Of a stretch of DNA of 64,000 nucleotides, positions 13,152 to 28,100 are shown one piece after another. This DNA is from Eledone cirrhosa (taxonomy: Eukaryota): positions 48,918,001 through 48,982,000 of the forward strand of contig OZ024741.1 of NCBI GenBank assembly GCA_964016885.1, given 5' to 3'. A model generated the notes under the pieces. It made no database searches and was not told the origin of the DNA. It saw nothing but the letters and a program-made list of their open reading frames with translations. The position numbers were made by a program, and so were the translations under genes. Numbering within the stretch: position 1 is the first letter of the stretch; the number at the start of each line of letters is the position of its first letter.

Positions 13152-16100
13152 AGTAGTAACTAGTCTATACTAGATCTATTACTGTGATAATGAAGAGTTA
13201 CTATACCAGTACTAACTAGTCTATACTAGATCTATTACTGTGATAATGTGGAGCTACTGTACCAGTAGTAACTAGTCTATACTAGATCTATTACTGTGAT
13301 AATGTGGAGTTACTATACCAGTAGAAACTAGTCTATACTAGATCTACTTCTGTGATACTGTGGAGTTACTGTACCAGTAGTAACTAGACTATACTAGATC
13401 TACAACTGGGATAATGTGGAGTTACTATACCAGTAGTAACTAGTCTATTCTAGATCTATTACTGTGATAATGGGGAGTTACAATACCAGAAGAAACTAGT
13501 CTATAATAGATCTATTACTGTGAAAATGGGGAGTTACACTACCAGTAGTAACTAGTCTATACTAGATCTATTTCTGTGATAATGTCGAGTTACTATACCA
13601 GTAGAAACTAGTCTATACTGGATCTATTACTGTGTTAATGTGGCGTTACTATACTAGTAGTAACTAGTCTATACTAGATCTATTGCTGTGATAATGTGGA
13701 GTTACTGTACCAGTAGTAACTAGTCTATACTAGATCTATTACTGTGATAATGTGGAGTTACTGTACCAGTAGTAACTCGTCCATACTAGATCTATTACTG
13801 TGATAATGGGGAGTTACTGTACCAGTAGTAACTCGTCCAAACTAGATCTATTACTGTGATAATGAGGAGTTACACTACCAGTAGTAACTACTCTATACTA
13901 GATCTATTACTGTGATAATGTGGAGTTACTATACCAGTAGTAACTAGTCTATACTAGATCTATTACTGTGATAATGTGGAGTTACTGTACCAGTAGTAAC
14001 TCGTCCATACTAGATCTATTACTGTGATAATGGAGTGTTACTATACCAGTAGTAACTAGTCTATACTAGATCTATTACTGTGATAATGTGGAGTTACCGT
14101 ACCAGTAGTAACTAGTCTATACTAGATCTATTACTGTGATAATGTGGAGTTACTGTACCAGTAGTAACTAGTCTATACTAGATCTATTACTGTGATAATG
14201 TGGAGTTACTGTACCAGTAGTAACTAGTCTATACTAGATCTATTACTGTGATAATGTGGAGTTACTATACCAGTATTAACTAGTCTATACTAGATCTATT
14301 ACTGTGATAATGTGGAGTTACTGTACCAGTAGTAACTAGTCTATACTAGATCTATTACTGTGCGAATGGGGAGTTACTATACCAGTAGTAACTAGTCTAT
14401 ACTAGATCTATTACTGTGATAATGTGGAGTTTCTATACCAGTAGTAACTAGTCTATACTAGATCTACTTCTGTGATAATGTGGAGTTACTATACCAGTAG
14501 TAACTAGTCTATACTAGATCCATTACTGTGATGATGTGGGGTTACTATACCAGTGGAAACTAGTCTATACTAGATCTATTACTGTGATAATGTGGAGTTA
14601 CTATGCCAGTAGAAACTAGTTTATACTAGATCTATTACTGTGATAATGTGGAGTTACTATACCAGTAGAAACTAGTTTATACTAGATCTATTACTGTGAT
14701 AATGTGGAGTTACTATACCAGTAGTAACTAGTCTAAACTAGATCTATTACTGTGATAATGTCGAGTTACTATACCAGTAGAAACTAGTCTATACTGGATC
14801 TATTACTGTGTTAATGTGGCGTTACTATACTAGTAGTAACTAGTCTATACTAGATCTATTACTGTGATAATGAAGAGTTACTATACCAGTACTAACTAGT
14901 CTATACTAGATCTATTACTGTGATAATGTGGAGCTACTGTACCAGTAGTAACTAGTCTATACTAGATCTATTACTGTGATAATGTGGAGTTACTATACCA
15001 GTAGAAACTAGTCTATACTAGATCTACTTCTGTGATACTGTGGAGTTACTGTACCAGTAGTAACTAGACTATACTAGATCTACAACTGGGATAATGTGGA
15101 GTTACTATACCAGTAGTAACTAGTCTATTCTAGATCTATTACTGTGATAATGGGGAGTTACAATACCAGAAGAAACTAGTCTATAATAGATCTATTACTG
15201 TGAAAATGGGGAGTTACACTACCAGTAGTAACTAGTCTATACTAGATCTATTTCTGTGATAATGTCGAGTTACTATACCAGTAGAAACTAGTCTATACTG
15301 GATCTATTACTGTGTTAATGTGGCGTTACTATACTAGTAGTAACTAGTCTATACTAGATCTATTGCTGTGATAATGTGGAGTTACTGTACCAGTAGTAAC
15401 TAGTCTATACTAGATCTATTACTGTGATAATGTGGAGTTACTGTACCAGTAGTAACTCGTCCATACTAGATCTATTACTGTGATAATGGGGAGTTACTGT
15501 ACCAGTAGTAACTCGTCCAAACTAGATCTATTACTGTGATAATGAGGAGTTACACTACCAGTAGTAACTACTCTATACTAGATCTATTACTGTGATAATG
15601 TGGAGTTACTATACCAGTAGTAACTAGTCTATACTAGATCTATTACTGTGATAATGTGGAGTTACTGTACCAGTAGTAACTCGTCCATACTAGATCTATT
15701 ACTGTGATAATGGAGTGTTACTATACCAGTAGTAACTAGTCTATACTAGATCTATTACTGTGATAATGTGGAGTTACCGTACCAGTAGTAACTAGTCTAT
15801 ACTAGATCTATTACTGTGATAATGTGGAGTTACTGTACCAGTAGTAACTAGTCTATACTAGATCTATTACTGTGATAATGTGGAGTTACTGTACCAGTAG
15901 TAACTAGTCTATACTAGATCTATTACTGTGATAATGTGGAGTTACTATACCAGTATTAACTAGTCTATACTAGATCTATTACTGTGATAATGTGGAGTTA
16001 CTGTACCAGTAGTAACTAGTCTATACTAGATCTATTACTGTGCGAATGGGGAGTTACTATACCAGTAGTAACTAGTCTATACTAGATCTATTACTGTGAT

Positions 16101-16552
16101 AATGTGGAGTTTCTATACCAGTAGTAACTAGTCTATACTAGATCTACTTCTGTGATAATGTGGAGTTACTATACCAGTAGTAACTAGTCTATACTAGATC
16201 CATTACTGTGATGATGTGGGGTTACTATACCAGTGGAAACTAGTCTATACTAGATCTATTACTGTGATAATGTGGAGTTACTATGCCAGTAGAAACTAGT
16301 TTATACTAGATCTATTACTGTGATAATGTGGAGTTACTATACCAGTAGAAACTAGTTTATACTAGATCTATTACTGTGATAATGTGGAGTTACTATACCA
16401 GTAGTAACTAGTCTAAACTAGATCTATTACTGTGATAATGTCGAGTTACTATACCAGTAGAAACTAGTCTATACTGGATCTATTACTGTGTTAATGTGGC
16501 GTTACTATACTAGTAGTAACTAGTCTATACTAGATCTATTACTGTGATAATG
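13152..16552. repeat. Apparently perfect tandem duplication of 30 monomers (1680 bp)
   Basis: Printed lines from 13201 onward match lines from 14881 onward (e.g. 13201=14881, 13441=15121, 14521=16201). They diverge at 16553. Confidence 0.93.
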
Positions 16553-19500
16553 TGTAGTTACTGTACCAGTAGTAACTAGTCTATACTAGAACTATTACTG
16601 TGATAATGTGGAGTTACTATACCAATAGAAACTAGTGTATACTAGATCTGCTTCTGTGATACTGTGGAGTTACTGTACCAGTAGTAACTAGACTATACTA
16701 GATCTACAACTGGGATAATGTGGAGTTACTATACCAGTAGTAACTCGTCTATTCTAGATCTATTACTGTGATAATGGGGAGTTACTATACCAGTAGAAAC
16801 TAGTCTATAATAGATCTATTATTGTGATAATGTGGAGTTACACTACCAGTAGTAACTAGTCTAAACTAGATCTATTACTGTGATAATGTGGAGTTACTAT
16901 ACCAGTAGTAACTAGTCTATACTAGATCTATTACTGTGATAATATGGAGTTACACTACCAGTAGTAACTAGTCTATACTAGATCTATTTCTGTGATAATG
17001 AGGAGTTACTATACCAGTAGTAACTAGTCTATACTAGATCTATTACTGTGATAATGAGGAGTAACTATACCAGTAGTAACTAGTCTATACTAGATCTATT
17101 ACTGTGATAATGTGGAGTTACTGTACCAGTAGTAACTAGTCTATATTAGATCTACGACTGTGATAATGAGGAGTTACTATACCAGTAGTAACTAGTCTAT
17201 ACTAGATCTATTACTGTGATAATGTGGAGTTACTATACCAGTAGAAACTAGTTTATACTAGATCTATTACTGTGATAATGTGGAGTTACACTACCAGTAT
17301 TAACTAGTCTATACTAGATCTACTTCTGTGATAATGTGGAGTTACTATACCAGTAGAAACTAGTTTATACTAGATCTATTACTGTGATAATGTGGAGTTA
17401 CTATACCAGTAGAAACTAGTCTATACTAGATCTATTACTGTGATAATGGGGAGTTACTATACCAGTAGAAACTAGTCTATACTAGATCTATTACTGTGAT
17501 AATGTGGAGTTACTATACCAATAGTAACTAGTCTATACTAGATCTATTACTGTGATAATGGGGAGTTACTATACCAGTAGAAACTAGTCTATACTAGATC
17601 TATTACTGTGATAATGTGGAGTTACTATACCAGTAGAAACTAGTTTATACTAGATCTATTACTGTGATAATGTGCAGTTACTATACCAGTAGAAACTAGT
17701 CTATACTAGATCTATTACTGTGATAATGGGGAGTTACTATACCAGTAGAAACTAGTCTATACTAGATCTATTACTGTGATAATGTGGAGTTACTATACCA
17801 GTAGTAACTAGTCTATACTAGATCTATTACTGTGATAATGGGGAGTTACTATACCAGTAGAAACTAGTCTATACTAGATCTATTACTGTGATAATGTGGA
17901 GTTACTATACCAGTAGAAACTAGTTTATACTAGATCTATTACTGTGATAATGTGGAGTTACTATTCCAGTAGAAACTAGTCTATACTAGATCTATTACTG
18001 TGATAATGTGGAGTTACTATACCAGTAGAAACTAGTTTATACTAGATCTATTACTGTGATAATGTGGAGTTACTATACCAGTAGAAACTAGTCTATACTA
18101 GATCTATTACTGTGATAATATGGAGTTACTATACCAGTAGAAACTAGTTTATACTAGATCTATTACTGTGATAATGTGGAGTTACTATACCAGTAGAAAC
18201 TAGTCTATACTAGATCTATTACTGTGATAATGGGGAGTTACTATACCAGTAGAAACTAGTCTATACTAGATCTATTACTGTGATAATGTGGAGTTACTAT
18301 ACCAGTAGTAACTAGTCTATACTAGATCTATTACTGTGATAATGGGGAGTTACTATACCAGTAGAAACTAGTCTATACTAGATCTATTACTGTGATAATG
18401 TGGAGTTACTATACCAGTAGAAACTAGTTTATACTAGATCTATTACTGTGATAATGTGGAGTTACTATTCCAGTAGAAACTAGTCTATACTAGACCTATT
18501 ACTGTGATAATGTGGAGTTACTATACCAGTAGAAACTAGTCTATACTAGATCTATTACTGTGATAATGGGGAGTTACTATACCAGGAGAAACTAGTCTAT
18601 ACTAGATCTATTACTGTGATAATGTGGAGTTACTATACCAGTAGAAACTAGTTTATACTAGATCTATTACTGTGATAATGTGGAGTTACTATACCAGTAG
18701 AAACTAGTCTATACTAGATCTATTACTGTGATAATATGGAGTTACTATACCAGTAGAAACTAGTTTATACTAGATCTATTACTGTGATAATGTGGAGTTA
18801 CTATACCAGTAGTAACTAGTCTAAACTAGATCTATTACTGTGATAATGTCGCGTTACTATACCAGTAGAAACTAGTCTATACTGGATCTATTACTGTGTT
18901 AATGTGGCGTTACTATACTAGTAGTAACTAGTCTATACTAGATCTATTGCTGTGATAATGTGGAGTTACTGTACCAGTAGTAACTAGTCTATACTAGATC
19001 TATTACTGTGATAATGTGGAGTTACTGTACCAGTAGTAACTCGTCCATACTAGATCTATTACTGTGATAATGGGGAGTTACTGTACCAGTAGTAACTCGT
19101 CCAAACTAGATCTATTACTGTGATAATGAGGAGTTACACTACCAGTAGTAACTACTCTATACTAGATCTATTACTGTGATAATGTGGAGTTACTATACCA
19201 GTAGTAACTAGTCTATACTAGATCTATTACTGTGATAATGTGGAGTTACTGTACCAGTAGTAACTCGTCCATACTAGATCTATTACTGTGATAATGGAGT
19301 GTTACTATACCAGTAGTAACTAGTCTATACTAGATCTATTACTGTGATAATGTGGAGTTACCGTACCAGTAGTAACTAGTCTATACTAGATCTATTACTG
19401 TGATAATGTGGAGTTACTGTACCAGTAGTAACTAGTCTATACTAGATCTATTACTGTGATAATGTGGAGTTACTGTACCAGTAGTAACTAGTCTATACTA

Positions 19501-22500
19501 GATCTATTACTGTGATAATGTGGAGTTACTATACCAGTATTAACTAGTCTATACTAGATCTATTACTGTGATAATGTGGAGTTACTGTACCAGTAGTAAC
19601 TAGTCTATACTAGATCTATTACTGTGCGAATGGGGAGTTACTATACCAGTAGTAACTAGTCTATACTAGATCTATTACTGTGATAATGTGGAGTTTCTAT
19701 ACCAGTAGTAACTAGTCTATACTAGATCTACTTCTGTGATAATGTGGAGTTACTATACCAGTAGTAACTAGTCTATACTAGATCCATTACTGTGATGATG
19801 TGGGGTTACTATACCAGTGGAAACTAGTCTATACTAGATCTATTACTGTGATAATGTGGAGTTACTATGCCAGTAGAAACTAGTTTATACTAGATCTATT
19901 ACTGTGATAATGTGGAGTTACTATACCAGTAGAAACTAGTTTATACTAGATCTATTACTGTGATAATGTGGAGTTACTATACCAGTAGTAACTAGTCTAA
20001 ACTAGATCTATTACTGTGATAATGTCGAGTTACTATACCAGTAGAAACTAGTCTATACTGGATCTATTACTGTGTTAATGTGGCGTTACTATACTAGTAG
20101 TAACTAGTCTATACTAGATCTATTACTGTGATAATGTGTAGTTACTGTACCAGTAGTAACTAGTCTATACTAGAACTATTACTGTGATAATGTGGAGTTA
20201 CTATACCAATAGAAACTAGTGTATACTAGATCTGCTTCTGTGATACTGTGGAGTTACTGTACCAGTAGTAACTAGACTATACTAGATCTACAACTGGGAT
20301 AATGTGGAGTTACTATACCAGTAGTAACTCGTCTATTCTAGATCTATTACTGTGATAATGGGGAGTTACTATACCAGTAGAAACTAGTCTATAATAGATC
20401 TATTATTGTGATAATGTGGAGTTACACTACCAGTAGTAACTAGTCTAAACTAGATCTATTACTGTGATAATGTGGAGTTACTATACCAGTAGTAACTAGT
20501 CTATACTAGATCTATTACTGTGATAATATGGAGTTACACTACCAGTAGTAACTAGTCTATACTAGATCTATTTCTGTGATAATGAGGAGTTACTATACCA
20601 GTAGTAACTAGTCTATACTAGATCTATTACTGTGATAATGAGGAGTAACTATACCAGTAGTAACTAGTCTATACTAGATCTATTACTGTGATAATGTGGA
20701 GTTACTGTACCAGTAGTAACTAGTCTATATTAGATCTACGACTGTGATAATGAGGAGTTACTATACCAGTAGTAACTAGTCTATACTAGATCTATTACTG
20801 TGATAATGTGGAGTTACTATACCAGTAGAAACTAGTTTATACTAGATCTATTACTGTGATAATGTGGAGTTACACTACCAGTATTAACTAGTCTATACTA
20901 GATCTACTTCTGTGATAATGTGGAGTTACTATACCAGTAGAAACTAGTTTATACTAGATCTATTACTGTGATAATGTGGAGTTACTATACCAGTAGAAAC
21001 TAGTCTATACTAGATCTATTACTGTGATAATGGGGAGTTACTATACCAGTAGAAACTAGTCTATACTAGATCTATTACTGTGATAATGTGGAGTTACTAT
21101 ACCAATAGTAACTAGTCTATACTAGATCTATTACTGTGATAATGGGGAGTTACTATACCAGTAGAAACTAGTCTATACTAGATCTATTACTGTGATAATG
21201 TGGAGTTACTATACCAGTAGAAACTAGTTTATACTAGATCTATTACTGTGATAATGTGCAGTTACTATACCAGTAGAAACTAGTCTATACTAGATCTATT
21301 ACTGTGATAATGGGGAGTTACTATACCAGTAGAAACTAGTCTATACTAGATCTATTACTGTGATAATGTGGAGTTACTATACCAGTAGTAACTAGTCTAT
21401 ACTAGATCTATTACTGTGATAATGGGGAGTTACTATACCAGTAGAAACTAGTCTATACTAGATCTATTACTGTGATAATGTGGAGTTACTATACCAGTAG
21501 AAACTAGTTTATACTAGATCTATTACTGTGATAATGTGGAGTTACTATTCCAGTAGAAACTAGTCTATACTAGATCTATTACTGTGATAATGTGGAGTTA
21601 CTATACCAGTAGAAACTAGTTTATACTAGATCAATTACTGTGATAATGTGGAGTTACTATACCAGTAGAAACTAGTCTATACTAGATCTATTACTGTGAT
21701 AATATGGAGTTACTATACCAGTAGAAACTAGTTTATACTAGATCTATTACTGTGATAATGTGGAGTTACTATACCAGTAGAAACTAGTCTATACTAGATC
21801 TATTACTGTGATAATGGGGAGTTACTATACCAGTAGAAACTAGTCTATACTAGATCTATTACTGTGATAATGTGGAGTTACTATACCAGTAGTAACTAGT
21901 CTATACTAGATCTATTACTGTGATAATGGGGAGTTACTATACCAGTAGAAACTAGTCTATACTAGATCTATTACTGTGATAATGTGGAGTTACTATACCA
22001 GTAGAAACTAGTTTATACTAGATCTATTACTGTGATAATGTGGAGTTACTATTCCAGTAGAAACTAGTCTATACTAGACCTATTACTGTGATAATGTGGA
22101 GTTACTATACCAGTAGAAACTAGTCTATACTAGATCTATTACTGTGATAATGGGGAGTTACTATACCAGGAGAAACTAGTCTATACTAGATCTATTACTG
22201 TGATAATGTGGAGTTACTATACCAGTAGAAACTAGTTTATACTAGATCTATTACTGTGATAATGTGGAGTTACTATACCAGTAGAAACTAGTCTATACTA
22301 GATCTATTACTGTGATAATATGGAGTTACTATACCAGTAGAAACTAGTTTATACTAGATCTATTACTGTGATAATGTGGAGTTACTATACCAGTAGTAAC
22401 TAGTCTAAACTAGATCTATTACTGTGATAATGTCGCGTTACTATACCAGTAGAAACTAGTCTATACTGGATCTATTACTGTGTTAATGTGGCGTTACTAT

Positions 22501-22530
22501 ACTAGTAGTAACTAGTCTATACTAGATCTA
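15270..22530. repeat. Near-perfect tandem duplication of 64 monomers (3584 bp)
   Basis: CCATTACTGTGATGATG at 16200/19784, ACCAGGAG at 18581/22165 and TGTCGCG at 18851/22435 all have offset 3584. A partial third copy follows at a 63-monomer offset (25693, 25963). Confidence 0.92.
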
Positions 22531-25189
22531 TTACTGAGATAATGTGGAGTTACTGTACCAGTAGTAACTAGTCTATACTAGATCTATTACTGTGATAATG
22601 TGGAGTTACTATACCAGTAGTAACTAGTCTATAGTAGATCTATTACTGTGATAATGAAGAGTTACACTACCATTAGTAACTAGTCTATACTAGATCTATT
22701 ACTGTGATAATGTGGAGTTACTATACCAGTAGTAACTAGTCTATACTAGATCTATTACTGTGATAATGGGGAGTTACTGTACCAGTAGTAACTAGGCTAT
22801 ACTAGATCTATTACTGTGATAATGAGGAGTTACACTACCAGTAGTAACTACTCTATACTAGATCTATTACTGTGATAATGTGGAGTTACACTACCAGTAG
22901 TAACTAGTCTATAGTAGATCTATTACTGTGAAAATGGGGAGTTACTATACCAGTAGTAACTAGTCTATACTAGATCTATTACTGTGATAATGGGGAGTTA
23001 CTATACCAGTAGTAACTAGTCTATACTAGATCTATTACTGTGATAATGTGGAGTTACTGTACCAGTAGTAACTAGTCTATACTAGATCTATTACTGTGAT
23101 AATATGGAGTTACACTACCAGTAGTAACTAGTCTATACTAGATCTATTTCTGTGATAATGAGGAGTTACTATACCAGTAGTAACTAGTCTATACTAGATC
23201 TATTACTGTGATAATGAGGAGTAACTATACCAGTAGTAACTAGTCTATACTAGATCTATTACCGTGATAATGTGGAGTTACTGTACCAGTAGTAACTAGT
23301 CTATATTAGATCTACGACTGTGATAATGAGGAGTTACTATACCAGTAGTAACTAGTCTATACTAGATCTATTACTGTGATAATGTGGAGTTACTATACCA
23401 GTAGAAACTAGTTTATACTAGATCTATTACTGTGATAATGTGGAGTTACACTACCAGTAGTAACTAGTCTATACTAGATCTACTTCTGTGATAATGTGGA
23501 GTTACTATACCAGTAGAAACTAGTCTATACTAGATCTATTACTGTGAAAATGTGGAGTTACTATACCAGTAGAAACTAGTTTATACTAGATCTATTACTG
23601 TGATAATGTGGAGTTACTATACCAGTAGAAACTAGTCTATACTAGATCTATTACTGTGATAATGGGGAGTTACTATACCAGTAGAAACTAGTCTATACTA
23701 GATCTATTACTGTGATAATGTGGAGTTACTATACCAGTAGTAACTAGTCTATACTAGATCTATTACTGTGATAATGGGGAGTTACTATACCAGTAGAAAC
23801 TAGTCTATACTAGATCTATTACTGTGATAATGTGGAGTTACTATACCAGTAGTAACTCGTCTATTCTAGATCTATTACTGTGATAATGGGGAGTTACTAT
23901 ACCAGTAGAAACTAGTCTATAATAGATCTATTATTGTGATAATGTGGAGTTACACTACCAGTAGTAACTAGTCTAAACTAGATCTATTACTGTGATAATG
24001 TGGAGTTACTATACCAGTAGTAACTAGTCTATACTAGATCTATTACTGTGATAATATGGAGTTACACTACCAGTAGTAACTAGTCTATACTAGATCTATT
24101 TCTGTGATAATGAGGAGTTACTATACCAGTAGTAACTAGTCTATACTAGATCTATTACTGTGATAATGAGGAGTAACTATACCAGTAGTAACTAGTCTAT
24201 ACTAGATCTATTACTGTGATAATGTGGAGTTACTGTACCAGTAGTAACTAGTCTATATTAGATCTACGACTGTGATAATGAGGAGTTACTATACCAGTAG
24301 TAACTAGTCTATACTAGATCTATTACTGTGATAATGTGGAGTTACTATACCAGTAGAAACTAGTTTATACTAGATCTATTACTGTGATAATGTGGAGTTA
24401 CACTACCAGTAGTAACTAGTCTATACTAGATCTACTTCTGTGATAATGTGGAGTTACTATACCAGTAGAAACTAGTTTATACTAGATCTATTACTGTGAT
24501 AATGTGGAGTTACTATACCAGTAGAAACTAGTCTATACTAGATTTATTACTGTGATAATGGGGAGTTACTATACCAGTAGAAACTAGTCTATACTAGATC
24601 TATTACTGTGATAATGTGGAGTTACTATACCAGTAGTAACTAGTCTATACTAGATCTATTACTGTGATAATGGGGAGTTACTATACCAGTAGAAACTAGT
24701 CTATACTAGATCTATTACTGTGATAATGTGGAGTTACTATACCAGTAGAAACTAGTTTATACTAGATCTATTACTGTGATAATGTGCAGTTACTATACCA
24801 GTAGAAACTAGTCTATACTAGATCTATTACTGTGATAATGGGGAGTTACTATACCAGTAGAAACTGGTCTATACTAGATCTATTACTGTGATAATGTGGA
24901 GTTACTATACCAGTAGTAACTAGTCTATACTAGATCTATTACTGTGATAATGGGGAGTTACTATACCAGTAGAAACTAGTCTATACTAGATCTATTACTG
25001 TGATAATGTGGAGTTACTATACCAGTAGAAACTAGTTTATACTAGATCTATTACTGTGATAATGTGGAGTTACTATTCCAGTAGAAACTAGTCTATACTA
25101 GATCTATTACTGTGATAATGTGGAGTTACTATACCAGTAGAAACTAGTTTATACTAGATCTATTACTGTGATAATGTGGAGTTACTATA

Positions 25190-28100
25190 CCAGTAGAAAC
25201 TAGTCTATACTAGATCTATTACTGTGATAATATGGAGTTACTATACCAGTAGAAACTAGTTTATACTAGATCTATTACTGTGATAATGTGGAGTTACTAT
25301 ACCAGTAGAAACTAGTCTATACTAGATCTATTACTGTGATAATGGGGAGTTACTATACCAGTAGAAACTAGTCTATACTAGATCTATTACTGTGATAATG
25401 TGGAGTTACTATACCAGTAGTAACTAGTCTATACTAGATCTATTACTGTGATAATGGGGAGTTACTATACCAGTAGAAACTAGTCTATACTAGATCTATT
25501 ACTGTGATAATGTGGAGTTACTATACCAGTAGAAACTAGTTTATACTAGATCTATTACTGTGATAATGTGGAGTTACTATTCCAGTAGAAACTAGTCTAT
25601 ACTAGACCTATTACTGTGATAATGTGGAGTTACTATACCAGTAGAAACTAGTCTATACTAGATCTATTACTGTGATAATGGGGAGTTACTATACCAGGAG
25701 AAACTAGTCTATACTAGATCTATTACTGTGATAATGTGGAGTTACTATACCAGTAGAAACTAGTTTATACTAGATCTATTACTGTGATAATGTGGAGTTA
25801 CTATACCAGTAGAAACTAGTCTATACTAGATCTATTACTGTGATAATATGGAGTTACTATACCAGTAGAAACTAGTTTATACTAGATCTATTACTGTGAT
25901 AATGTGGAGTTACTATACCAGTAGTAACTAGTCTAAACTAGATCTATTACTGTGATAATGTCGCGTTACTATACCAGTAGAAACTAGTCTATACTGGATC
26001 TATTACTGTGTTAATGTGGCGTTACTATACTAGTAGTAACTAGTCTATACTAGATCTATTACTGAGATAATGTGGAGTTACTGTACCAGTAGTAACTAGT
26101 CTATACTAGATCTATTACTGTGATAATGTGGAGTTACTATACCAGTAGTAACTAGTCTATAGTAGATCTATTACTGTGATAATGAAGAGTTACACTACCA
26201 TTAGTAACTAGTCTATACTAGATCTATTACTCTGATAATGTGGAGTTACTATACCAGTAGAAACTAGTCTATACTAGATCTATTACTGTGATAATGGGGA
26301 GTTACTATACCAGTAGAAACTAGTCTATAATAGATCTATTACTGTGATAATGTGGAGTTACTATACCAGTAGTAACTAGTCTATACTAGATCTATTACTG
26401 TGATAATGGGGAGTTACTGTACCAGTAGTAACTAGGCTATACTAGATCTATTACTGTGATAATGAGGAGTTACACTACCAGTAGTAACTACTCTATACTA
26501 GATCAATTACTGTGATAATGTGGAGTTACACTACCAGTAGTAACTAGTCTATAGTAGATCTATTACTGTGATAATGTGGAGTTACACTACCAGTAGTAAC
26601 TTGTCTATACTAGATCTATTACTGTGAAAATGGGGAGTTACTATACCAGTAGTAACTAGTCTATACTAGATCTATTACTGTGATAATGGGGAGTTACTAT
26701 ACCAGTAGTAACTAGTCTATACTAGATCTATTACTGTCATAATGTGGAGTTACTGTACCGGTAGTAACTAGTCTATACTAGATCTATTACTGTGATAATA
26801 TGGAGTTACACTACCAGTAGTAACTAGTCTATACTAGATCTATTTCTGTGATAATGAGGAGTTACTATACCAGTAGTAACTAGTCTATACTAGATCTATT
26901 ACTGTGATAATGAGGAGTAACTATACCAGTAGTAACTAGTCTATACTAGATCTATTACCGTGATAATGTGGAGTTACTGTACCAGTAGTAACTAGTCTAT
27001 ATTAGATCTACGACTGTGATAATGAGGAGTTACTATACCAGTAGTAACTAGTCTATACTAGATCTATTACTGTGATAATGTGGAGTTACTATACCAGTAG
27101 AAACTAGTTTATACTAGATCTATTACTGTGATAATGTGGAGTTACACTACCAGTAGTAACTAGTCTATACTAGATCTACTTCTGTGATAATGTGGAGTTA
27201 CTATACCAGTAGAAACTAGTCTATACTAGATCTATTACTGTGAAAATGTGGAGTTACTATACCAGTAGAAACTAGTTTATACTAGATCTATTACTGTGAT
27301 AATGTGGAGTTACTATACCAGTAGAAACTAGTCTATACTAGATCTATTACTGTGATAATGGGGAGTTACTATACCAGTAGAAACTAGTCTATACTAGATC
27401 TATTACTGTGATAATGTGGAGTTACTATACCAGTAGTAACTAGTCTATACTAGATCTATTACTGTGATAATGGGGAGTTACTATACCAGTAGAAACTAGT
27501 CTATACTAGATCTATTACTGTGATAATGTGGAGTTACTATACCAGTAGAAACTAGTTTATACTAGATCTATTACTGTGATAATGTGGAGTTACTATTCCA
27601 GTAGAAACTATTCTATACTAGATCTATTACTGTGATAATGTGGAGTTACTATACCAGTAGAAACTAGTCTATACTAGATCTATTACTGTGATAATGGGGA
27701 GTTACTATACCAGTAGAAACAAGTCTATACTAGATCTATTACTGTGATAATGTGGAGTTACTATGCCAGTAGAAACTAGTTTATACTAGATCTATTACTG
27801 TGATAACGTGGAGTTACTATACCAGTAGAAACTAGTCTATACTAGATCTATTACTGTGATAATATGGAGTTACTATACCAGTAGAAACTAGTTTATACTA
27901 GATCTAATACTGTGATAATGTGGAGTTACTATACCAGTAGTAACTAGTCTAAACTAGATCTATTACTGTGATAATGTGGAGTTACTATACCAGTAGAAAC
28001 TAGTCTATACTGGATCTATTACTGTGTTAATGTGGCGTTACTATACTAGTAGTAACTAGTCTATACTAGATCTATTACTGAGATAATGTGGAGTTACTGT

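Noticed and set aside
17200-18800. Stable dimeric HOR (alternating GTGG/GGGG and TAGTC/TAGTT monomers)
   Set aside because: The alternation is visible locally but breaks every few units, so it is better described as short-range duplication than as a fixed 112-bp unit.
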